From Patescibacteria group bacterium (GTDB taxonomy: Bacteria; Patescibacteriota; Minisyncoccia; UBA6257; 2-01-FULL-56-20), in assembly GCA_025054755.1 (NCBI GenBank), contig JANWZH010000001.1, positions 1 to 47,136 of the forward strand: a DNA stretch of 47,136 nucleotides. The letters run 5' to 3'. The position numbers and the translations under genes are program-made. Below are positions 10,052-16,912 of the stretch, in pieces (the stretch's first letter is position 1; every line of letters begins with the position of its first letter). The notes below the pieces were generated by a model. That model saw only the letters and a list, made by a program, of their open reading frames with translations. It was not told the origin of the DNA and did not search any database.

Positions 10052-10609
10052 TTATTTTTTTCTTATTTCTATTAAAGCATTTCTACTGCCAGCGACTCCG
10101 CCTTTTAACATTAAAATATTATTTTGTGTATCAACTGAAACTACTTCTATATTTTTAATTGTTATTCTTTGATTTCCAGCTCGACCAGCCATCTTTCTTC
10201 CTTTAAAAATATGTTGAGGCGCAGTTGGGCCAATTGAACCAGGAGCTCTCCATCTATTTTTCTGACCATGCGTTCTTGGCCCACCACCAAAACCATGTCT
10301 TTTGACTACGCCAGTAAAACCCTTGCCCTTAGAAATACTAGAAACAATAACTTTTTCTCCCTCTTTAAAAAAAGAAAGGTCAATTACTTTTTTATTTTTT
10401 AACATATCTTTTTCTTCATCTGTTAATTTATCTAATCTAAATTCTTTTTTATGATTATTTAAATTTAAACAAATTGATTCGTATTTATCTTTTTCTTTTG
10501 TACGAAAATATTCCACCTTATTAGGTTTAGCCTCAATAACTGTTACAGGAAAAACCTTGCCATCTTTCCAAATTTGAGTCATCTTAATTTTTTTGCCTAA
10601 AATAAACAT
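10052..10609 (-). CDS. rplC: 50S ribosomal protein L3
   Basis: GKGFTGVVKRHGFGGGPRTHGQ and FKGRKMAGRAGNQRITIKNIEVV are uL3 motifs. Confidence 0.96.
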   Translation of the reverse strand: MFILGKKIKMTQIWKDGKVFPVTVIEAKPNKVEYFRTKEKDKYESICLNLNNHKKEFRLDKLTDEEKDMLKNKKVIDLSFFKEGEKVIVSSISKGKGFTGVVKRHGFGGGPRTHGQKNRWRAPGSIGPTAPQHIFKGRKMAGRAGNQRITIKNIEVVSVDTQNNILMLKGGVAGSRNALIEIRKK

Positions 10610-10615
10610 TTTAAT

Positions 10616-10647
10616 TAATCAAAAATAAACGCGCTATAAAAGCACGT
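10616..10647 (-). promoter_or_regulatory. 5' leader hairpin plus U-tract immediately upstream of rplC (possible attenuator or stabiliser)
   Basis: The minus strand reads ACGUGC-UUUUAUA-GCGCGU (6 bp including one G.U) followed by UUAUUUUUG. It lies between the predicted promoter and the rplC ATG at 10609. Confidence 0.35.
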
Positions 10648-10653
10648 AACAAT

Positions 10654-10683
10654 ATTTTAAGCTAAAAATTATTAAAATGTCAA
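10654..10683 (-). promoter_or_regulatory. sigma70-like promoter of the rplC...secY cluster
   Basis: Minus strand: TTGACA (10678-10683), 18-nt spacer, TAAAAT (10654-10659). Confidence 0.45.
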
Positions 10684-10721
10684 ATTTTATATTAGTTTTA
10701 TTGTATAAAATATTAAAAAAT

Positions 10722-10750
10722 TTGCAAAAATTCATTAAATATATTATTAT
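10722..10750 (+). promoter_or_regulatory. candidate rpsO promoter placing the TSS at or next to the ATG
   Basis: TTGCAA (10722-10727), N17, TATTAT (10745-10750), N6, ATG (10757). Confidence 0.35.
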
Positions 10751-10756
10751 GTCTTT

Positions 10757-11023
10757 ATGTTAACTAAAAGAGTAAAATCAAAAATTATTAATGAATTTAA
10801 AATTAACGAAAAAGATACTGGATCAGCCGAAGTGCAAATTGGACTACTTACTCGTCAAATCGAAGAATTAACTAAACATCTAAAAAAGAATCCAAAAGAT
10901 AAACATTCTCGATTAGGATTATTAAAAATGGTAAGTAAACGACGCAAATTTTTAGATTATGTTAAAAAGAACAATCCAACTAATTATTCTAAAATAATTA
11001 AAAAACTAGATTTAAAAAAATAA
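10757..11023 (+). CDS. rpsO: 30S ribosomal protein S15
   Basis: 88 aa with GSAEVQIGLLTRQIEELTKHLKKNPKDKHSRLGLLKMVSKRRKFLDY, canonical uS15. Confidence 0.95.
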   Translation: MLTKRVKSKIINEFKINEKDTGSAEVQIGLLTRQIEELTKHLKKNPKDKHSRLGLLKMVSKRRKFLDYVKKNNPTNYSKIIKKLDLKK

Positions 11024-11039
11024 AAATAAATTATAAGTT

Positions 11040-11549
11040 ATGAGAAATAATTCATTTGCAAATCAACGCGTTGGAATATTTATTGATGTTCAAAATTTAT
11101 ATCATTCTGCAAAAAACTTATATCACGGAAGAGTAAATTATTCCGAATTAATTAAAAATTTAACTAAAAATCGCCAATTAATTAGGGCTATTGCTTACGT
11201 AGTAAAAAGCGATTCTTCAATTGGAGAGCATCAATTTTTTGAGGCACTAGAAAAAGCTGGTCTTGAATTAAGATTGAAAGATTTGCAAATTTATCCTGAT
11301 GGGACCAAAAAAGCAGATTGGGATGTGGGAATGGCAGTTGACGCCATACTAATGGCTAATCATTTAGATACAATTATTTTAGTAACTGGCGATGGAGATT
11401 TTGCCCCATTAATTAATTATTTAAAATGGGCTAAAGGATGCATTGTAGAAGTAGCTGCTTTTCAAAAAACAACATCATTAAAAATTCAAGAAATGGCTGA
11501 CAAATTTATTAATTTAGAAAATATACCAAAAATTATCATTAAAAAATAA
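11040..11549 (+). CDS. NYN-domain (LabA/DUF88-like) putative ribonuclease
   Basis: VGIFIDVQNLYHSA near the N-terminus and DWDVGMAVDAI...ILVTGDGDFAPLINYL acidic motifs match the NYN/PIN-like layout. Confidence 0.75.
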   Translation: MRNNSFANQRVGIFIDVQNLYHSAKNLYHGRVNYSELIKNLTKNRQLIRAIAYVVKSDSSIGEHQFFEALEKAGLELRLKDLQIYPDGTKKADWDVGMAVDAILMANHLDTIILVTGDGDFAPLINYLKWAKGCIVEVAAFQKTTSLKIQEMADKFINLENIPKIIIKK

Positions 11550-11558
11550 AATAAAAAT

Positions 11559-13679
11559 ATGATTAATCGCAAAATTTTTAAAACCGAATTTGCAGGAAAA
11601 AATTTAACAATTGAAATTTCAGAATTTGCTGATCAAACCAATGCTGCAGCTTTAGTTAAATATGGGGAAACAATTATTTTAGCTACAGCTGTTATGTCTA
11701 AAACAGACAGCAGCGCAGATTATTTGCCATTAAAAGTTGATTACGAAGAAAGATTTTATGCTGCCGGAAAAATTATTGGTAGTAGATTTATTAGACGCGA
11801 AAGTCGACCATCAGAAGATGCTATTTTAACTGGCAGATTAATTGATAGAGTTATTAGACCATTATTTGATCAAAGATTAAGAAGAGACATTCAAATAGTT
11901 ATTACTGTTTTATCTTATGATGAAGAAAATGATCCTGATTTTGTTGGACTAATTGGAGCTTCTATTGTTTTAGGAATATCTGATATTCCTTGGAATGGCC
12001 CAACTGCTGGCATTAAAATTGTTAAAATAGATAATCAATTTTTAATAAATCCATCTAATTCAGAAATTAAAGATAAAAATAAAGAATTTGAAATTTTTGC
12101 TGCTGGGCCACTTAATAGAATTAATATGATTGAACTTAAGGGCAATGAAGCTCAAGAAGAAAATGTGCTAGAAGCAATTAAAATTGCTCAAATTGAAATA
12201 AACAAACTAATTGAATTTCAAAAAAATATAATTACTGAAATCGGAAAACCAAAAATTGAAGCTGTTTTATATAGTCCAAATCCTGAATTAGAAAAAATAG
12301 TTAAATCATTTTTAGAAAATAAACTTTTTAATGCCTTATATGAAAGAGAAAAAAACTTAAGAAATCAAAAATTAGAAAATCTTAAAAATGAACTTAAAAA
12401 TTTTGTTTTAGAAAAAACGCAAAATACAGAATTAAAATATGAAGATAAAGAAATTGATTATTTATTTGAAAATGAAATAGACTTATTGCTACATAAAACA
12501 ATTTTAGAAAAAGAAATTAGGCCAGACGGAAGATCATTATCTGAAATTCGCGAACTTAAAGCTGAAATAGGCTTATTTCAGAAAACTCATGGCTCAGCAA
12601 TTTTTATAAGAGGTAATACTCAAAGTTTAGCCATCGTAACACTTGCTCCTCCTTCAGCTGAACAAATTATTGAAACAATGGAAGTTACTACTAAAAGAAG
12701 ATTTATGTTGCATTATAATTTTCCACCATATTCAGTTGGAGAAATTGGATCTTTTCGTGGGCCTGGACGTAGAGAAATTGGGCATGGCGCATTAGCTGAA
12801 AAAGCTTTGCAACCATTAATTCCTCAAGAAGAAATTTTTCCTTATACAATTAGAATTGTTTCGGAAATACTTTCTTCTAATGGATCATCTTCTATGGCAA
12901 CGGTTTGTTCTTCATCAATGGCATTAATGGACGCTGGCGTGCCAATAAAAAAACATGTTGCTGGTATTGCTATGGGATTAATTTTAGAAAATGAAAATGA
13001 TAATGCTAATTTTAAAGTTTTAACTGATATTCAAGGACCAGAAGATCACTTTGGGGACATGGATTTTAAAGTTGCCGGAACACGAGATGGAATAACAGCA
13101 ATTCAATTAGATGTTAAAATTTATGGTCTAACTTCTGAAATTATTAAAAAAACATTAGAAGACGCTAAAAAAGCTAAATTAAAAATTTTAGATTTTATGG
13201 AAAAAATAATCAATGCTCCAAAATCAGAACTTCATCCTAATGTTCCTAAAATATTAACTTATGACGTTAATCCTGAAAAAATTGGTTTAATTATCGGTTC
13301 AGGCGGTAAGGTTATAAATTCAATTATTAAAAAATTTAATTTAACCTCAATTGATATAAATGAAAATGGAAGAATTTATGTTTCAGCCCCAGAATTAAAA
13401 GATGCTGAAGCTGCTTTAGAAGAAATTAAATTAATTTCTAGAGAATTAAAAATTGGAGATATTGTTGTTGGCAAAGTTATAAAAAATTTAGAATTTGGAT
13501 CAATTATTGATTTAGGCGGAGGCCAAGACGCATTACTTCACATTTCAGAAATTAAAAATGATTACGTTAAAAATATTGAAGATGTTCTAAAAATTGGCGA
13601 TACAATTCAAGCTAAAGTAATTAAAATAGATGAAAACGGAAAAATTGGATTATCTATTAAACAATTAAATAATAATTAA
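11559..13679 (+). CDS. pnp: polyribonucleotide nucleotidyltransferase (PNPase)
   Basis: 706 aa with two RNase PH-like halves (FPPYSVGE, SSNGSSSMA), a KH motif (GLIIGSGGKVINSI) and a C-terminal S1 domain (GDIVVGKVIKNLEFGSIIDL). Confidence 0.96.
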   Translation: MINRKIFKTEFAGKNLTIEISEFADQTNAAALVKYGETIILATAVMSKTDSSADYLPLKVDYEERFYAAGKIIGSRFIRRESRPSEDAILTGRLIDRVIRPLFDQRLRRDIQIVITVLSYDEENDPDFVGLIGASIVLGISDIPWNGPTAGIKIVKIDNQFLINPSNSEIKDKNKEFEIFAAGPLNRINMIELKGNEAQEENVLEAIKIAQIEINKLIEFQKNIITEIGKPKIEAVLYSPNPELEKIVKSFLENKLFNALYEREKNLRNQKLENLKNELKNFVLEKTQNTELKYEDKEIDYLFENEIDLLLHKTILEKEIRPDGRSLSEIRELKAEIGLFQKTHGSAIFIRGNTQSLAIVTLAPPSAEQIIETMEVTTKRRFMLHYNFPPYSVGEIGSFRGPGRREIGHGALAEKALQPLIPQEEIFPYTIRIVSEILSSNGSSSMATVCSSSMALMDAGVPIKKHVAGIAMGLILENENDNANFKVLTDIQGPEDHFGDMDFKVAGTRDGITAIQLDVKIYGLTSEIIKKTLEDAKKAKLKILDFMEKIINAPKSELHPNVPKILTYDVNPEKIGLIIGSGGKVINSIIKKFNLTSIDINENGRIYVSAPELKDAEAALEEIKLISRELKIGDIVVGKVIKNLEFGSIIDLGGGQDALLHISEIKNDYVKNIEDVLKIGDTIQAKVIKIDENGKIGLSIKQLNNN

Positions 13680-13680
13680 T

Positions 13681-15411
13681 TTACATTTTATCTACTACCT
13701 CAATTCCTAACAAATTTAGTCCTGTTTTCAAAATAAAAGATACAAAATGAATTAATTTAAGTCTTTCTAATTTAATTTTATTTTCTTTTTCTTTTAAAAT
13801 TTTTGTTGTCTCGTAAAATTTATTTAATAAAATTGCTAATTCATATAAATAATTAGCCAAATAACTAGTTAAATAATTTTTAGCACTTAAATTTAATATT
13901 TCTGGAAAAATCAAAATTTTCTTAATTAAATTAATCTCAAGTTCACTATTTAAATTTTTAATTTTAACTTTATTTAACTCAGATAATTTAATTTTTGATT
14001 TTTTTAAAATACTTTGAATTCGAGCATAACTATATTGAATGTAAGGAGCGCTCTGGCCCCTTAAATCTATCATTTTTGACCAATCAAAAACAATGTTGTT
14101 ACGACGATGCTCTTTTAAATCATTGTATTTAATTGCGCCTATACCAACAATTTGAGCAATTTTTTCTTTTTGTTTATTAGTTAAATTTTTATTTTTATTT
14201 ACTATTTTAAAAGCCAATTTAATTGCTTTATTTAAAACATCTTCTAAAAAAATTAAATTACCTTCTCTAGTTTTTAATTTCTTTTTATTTTCTCCTAAAA
14301 CCAAACCATATTTTAAATGTATTAATTTAGAACTATCTAAATTTAATAATTGAGCAATAGCAAATAATTGATTAAAATGTAATGTTTGCTCATTGCCTAC
14401 TACATAAACAATTTTATCTGGTTTAAATTTTTTAAATCTAAAAATTAAATTAGCAATATCGCGAGTTAAATAAAGACTTGCTTCGTCTGATTTTAAAATT
14501 AAAGCTGGTGGCAAATTAAATTTTTCAAGTGGGACAATAATTGCTCCTTCATTTTTTTGAGCAATTTTTAAATTTAAAAGCAAATTAATTATTTTAGAAA
14601 TATCTTTTTCATAAAAACTTTCGCCTATCCAAATATCAAATTTCACATTAAGCAATTTATAAATTTTTTTAAATTCTAAAATAGATTCACGCCTAAACCA
14701 AGACCAAAGTTTTAAATTTTCTTTATTTTTTAATTCTAAAAGTCTAAATTCTTCTTGGCCCATTTTTTTTAATTCAGGATTTTTTTTCATTGCATGATGA
14801 AAACGAATATATAATTTTAACATCGTATTAATTGGATTTTTTTCTAATTCAGTTTTATTCCCCCATAATTTATAAGCTGCAATCAAATAACCAAATTGCG
14901 TACCCCAATCTCCCAAATAATTCCAACGAATTACTTTATATCCTAAAAATTCATAAATATTTGCTAAAGCATCTCCAATAATTGTCCCGCGCAAATGACC
15001 AACATGCATTTTTTTAGCAATATTTGGATCAGAATATTCAAAAATAATTTTTTTGTTTTTAAATTTTTGTTTACCAAAATTTTTATTTTTTAAAATTTTA
15101 TTAAATTCTAATAGAAATTCATCTTTATTTATCCAAAAATTTAAAAATCCTGATCCAGCAACCTCAATTTTTTCAAAAAAATTTTTATGATTTTGTTTTA
15201 AAATTGTTTCTTTTAAATCATGAGCAATTAATTTTGGATTATTTTTTAATATTCCAGCTAACTTAAAAGCAATATTAGTAGAAAAATCTCCAAAATCTTT
15301 TTTATCTAAAAAATTAGATTCAATCTCAATATTTAAATCTTCTAAATTTAAATTTTTAGAATATTTTTCTTTAATGGCTAATTTTAAAATACTTAAAATT
15401 TTATTTTGCAT
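13681..15411 (-). CDS. argS: arginine--tRNA ligase
   Basis: HVGHLRGTIIGDAL (HIGH region) and KLKTREG (MSTR-like). Start set to ATG 15409-15411 (MQNKILSILK), which sits 6 nt after a TTGTCA-N17-TATATT promoter. The track ORF extends to 15429. Confidence 0.92.
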   Translation of the reverse strand: MQNKILSILKLAIKEKYSKNLNLEDLNIEIESNFLDKKDFGDFSTNIAFKLAGILKNNPKLIAHDLKETILKQNHKNFFEKIEVAGSGFLNFWINKDEFLLEFNKILKNKNFGKQKFKNKKIIFEYSDPNIAKKMHVGHLRGTIIGDALANIYEFLGYKVIRWNYLGDWGTQFGYLIAAYKLWGNKTELEKNPINTMLKLYIRFHHAMKKNPELKKMGQEEFRLLELKNKENLKLWSWFRRESILEFKKIYKLLNVKFDIWIGESFYEKDISKIINLLLNLKIAQKNEGAIIVPLEKFNLPPALILKSDEASLYLTRDIANLIFRFKKFKPDKIVYVVGNEQTLHFNQLFAIAQLLNLDSSKLIHLKYGLVLGENKKKLKTREGNLIFLEDVLNKAIKLAFKIVNKNKNLTNKQKEKIAQIVGIGAIKYNDLKEHRRNNIVFDWSKMIDLRGQSAPYIQYSYARIQSILKKSKIKLSELNKVKIKNLNSELEINLIKKILIFPEILNLSAKNYLTSYLANYLYELAILLNKFYETTKILKEKENKIKLERLKLIHFVSFILKTGLNLLGIEVVDKM

Positions 15412-15439
15412 ATAAAAAATATAACCCAAAACTATACTC

Positions 15440-15467
15440 TTGACAATATTTTAAAAAGTACTATACT
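15440..15467 (+). promoter_or_regulatory. sigma70-like promoter of candidate sRNA 1
   Basis: TTGACA (15440-15445), 16-nt spacer, TATACT (15462-15467). Confidence 0.5.
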
Positions 15468-15474
15468 AACAATT

Positions 15475-15572
15475 AAGGGGCGCGAATCAAGAAGGGACTG
15501 TCTATCACCTTCATCCCCTACAATAAGGGAATGCGCCCCAAACTCAACAAGCCGCCTTTTGGCGGCTTTTTT
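15475..15572 (+). ncRNA. candidate structured small RNA 1, class unknown (three-way junction plus intrinsic terminator)
   Basis: GC-rich island in AT-rich DNA. P1 is GGGGCGC (15477-15483) with GCGCCCC (15533-15539). P2 is GAAGG/CCTTC (15491-15495 with 15508-15512). P3 is CCCT/AGGG (15516-15519 with 15526-15529). A terminator AAGCCGCC-UUUU-GGCGGCUU plus U6 follows at 15549-15572. No ORF. Confidence 0.55.
15549..15572 (+). terminator. intrinsic terminator of sRNA 1
   Basis: 8-bp GC-rich stem, UUUU loop, then TTTTTT. Confidence 0.7.
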
Positions 15573-15585
15573 ATTATAACCAATA

Positions 15586-15614
15586 TTGACATAAAAAAAA
15601 TAATTTGTTAATTT
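15586..15614 (+). promoter_or_regulatory. sigma70-like promoter of candidate sRNA 2 / smpB leader
   Basis: TTGACA (15586-15591), N17, TAATTT (15609-15614). The first G of the P1 stem is 6 nt downstream. Confidence 0.5.
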
Positions 15615-15619
15615 ATTTT

Positions 15620-15722
15620 GGGCGCAAAAATAATCCCGTAAATCCGGGAGAAAGACCCAAAAAGGTCGGCGCCCACCAAAATATTTTTGCCCCGCAAAAT
15701 TTAAAAAATAGCGGGGTTTTTT
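15620..15722 (+). ncRNA. candidate structured small RNA 2 or cis-regulatory leader of smpB, class unknown
   Basis: P1 is GGGCGC (15620-15625) with GCGCCC (15669-15674). P2 is UCCCG/CGGGA (15634-15638 with 15645-15649). P3 is GACC/GGUC (15654-15657 with 15664-15667). A terminator-like CCCCGC...GCGGGG plus U-run follows at 15690-15722. The smpB ATG is at 15754. Confidence 0.5.
15689..15722 (+). terminator. terminator-like hairpin between sRNA 2 and smpB
   Basis: CCCCGC / GCGGGG stem with a 15-nt A/U loop, followed by TTTTTTATTTT. Confidence 0.5.
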
Positions 15723-15753
15723 ATTTTATTAAAATCAATTTATAATTAAAATT

Positions 15754-16194
15754 ATGAAAATAATTTCAGAAAACAAAAAAGCTTTGTTCGATTACGAAAT
15801 ATTAGAAAAGTTTGAGGCTGGTATAGAACTTTTTGGTTTTGAAGCAAAATCAGCTAAATCTGGAAGGTTTAATATTACTGGAAGCTATGCTGTTGCAAAA
15901 AACAATCAAATATTTTTAATTAATTCAGAAATCGAACCACTGCAGCCAAAAAATATTCAAATTAATTATGATTCAAAAAGAAACAGAAAATTATTACTCC
16001 ATAAATCAGAAATAAAATATTTGATTGGAAAATTAAATCAAAAATTAATGTTAATTCCTCTAAAAACTTATATTAAAAATAATTTAATAAAAATAGAGCT
16101 TGGCTTGGGCAAAATTAGAAAAAAAATAGATAAAAGAGAAATTATCAAAAAAAGAGAAATACAGCAAAAAATTAAAAAAATTATAAATCAATAA
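15754..16194 (+). CDS. smpB: SsrA-binding protein SmpB
   Basis: ENKKALFDYEILEKFEAGIELFGFEAKS and NYDSKRNRKLLLHKSEI are typical SmpB motifs. Confidence 0.93.
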   Translation: MKIISENKKALFDYEILEKFEAGIELFGFEAKSAKSGRFNITGSYAVAKNNQIFLINSEIEPLQPKNIQINYDSKRNRKLLLHKSEIKYLIGKLNQKLMLIPLKTYIKNNLIKIELGLGKIRKKIDKREIIKKREIQQKIKKIINQ

Positions 16195-16200
16195 TTTTTG

Positions 16201-16273
16201 TGCGCCCACTTGGATTCGAACCAAGGACCCCTGACTTATAAGGTCAGTGCTCTAACCGCTGAGCTATGGGCGC
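16201..16273 (-). tRNA. tRNA-Ile, anticodon UAU
   Basis: The reverse complement folds as a cloverleaf: GCGCCCA / UA / GCUC-AGCGGUUA-GAGC / A / CUGAC-CUUAUAA-GUCAG / GGGUC / CUUGG-UUCGAAU-CCAAG / UGGGCGC / A. Anticodon loop positions 34-36 are UAU. CCA is not encoded. Confidence 0.88.
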
Positions 16274-16274
16274 A

Positions 16275-16865
16275 TTATTTTAAAGCATTATCAAACTTCT
16301 CCATCTCAATATTTGCTTGATTATTAGCATTATTTATTGCATCTACCTCTCTATTAATTTTATTAATTAAATCAATTATTGTCTCGCGATTATTTTTACC
16401 ATAAAACCTATCTTGCAAAGCTAGATTAAGTTGAAATAAATAATCACGATAATTAATCAAATGATTAATAATTGCTAATCTGGTGGTAATAGCAGAAAGG
16501 GCATATATTTCTCCGCCATTAGCCTTAATATTGTTTAATTCCTTAGTCATTATTTCTAATTCCCTTGAAAGTTCAACAGCTTTTTGACTAATATCTAATA
16601 TTTTTAGATTTGTTTCATTTAATAAATTAAAAGCTTCCTTATATTTTTGTTCTTGATCAAAGCTATTAATTTTGAAAAGATTATCCTTAACTTGATTAGA
16701 TAAATTAATTATATCTCCAGCAATTAAAGCAGTTTGCATTCTACTATTTATAAAATTATCTGTTAAATAAACCTTTCTCCAGGAAATAAAATTTAAAATT
16801 CCATAAGCTCCTAAAACAATAAAAATAAAAACTAGATAAAATTTTTTATCCCTAAAAATATTCAT
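16275..16865 (-). CDS. hypothetical membrane-anchored coiled-coil protein
   Basis: N-terminal TM segment (FYLVFIFIVLGAYGILNFI) followed by a helical N/E/L-rich region. The stop is 1 nt from the tRNA 5' end. Confidence 0.6.
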   Translation of the reverse strand: MNIFRDKKFYLVFIFIVLGAYGILNFISWRKVYLTDNFINSRMQTALIAGDIINLSNQVKDNLFKINSFDQEQKYKEAFNLLNETNLKILDISQKAVELSRELEIMTKELNNIKANGGEIYALSAITTRLAIINHLINYRDYLFQLNLALQDRFYGKNNRETIIDLINKINREVDAINNANNQANIEMEKFDNALK

Positions 16866-16912
16866 TTTAATAATTCATATTTTGACATAAATTTTCAAAA
16901 TATGCAAATTTA

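Noticed and set aside
15412-15600. T-box leader regulating argS on the minus strand
   Set aside because: A promoter sits 6 nt from the argS ATG. The GC-rich elements have their U-tracts on the plus strand. No T-box consensus or specifier-loop architecture was seen on the minus strand.
15620-15678. sRNA 2 as a tRNA or tRNA-like element (GC acceptor-like stem followed by ACCA)
   Set aside because: Only 55 nt lie between the helix ends and there are two hairpins instead of three. The loops are 6 nt and there is no T-loop (UUCRANY) or D-loop signature. The ACCA is probably coincidental.
15620-15678. sRNA 2 as a type I hammerhead ribozyme (three helices with GAAA between helix 2 and helix 3)
   Set aside because: The junction 5' of helix 2 reads AAAAAUAA rather than the obligatory CUGAUGA core. 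sRNA 1 also lacks both core elements.
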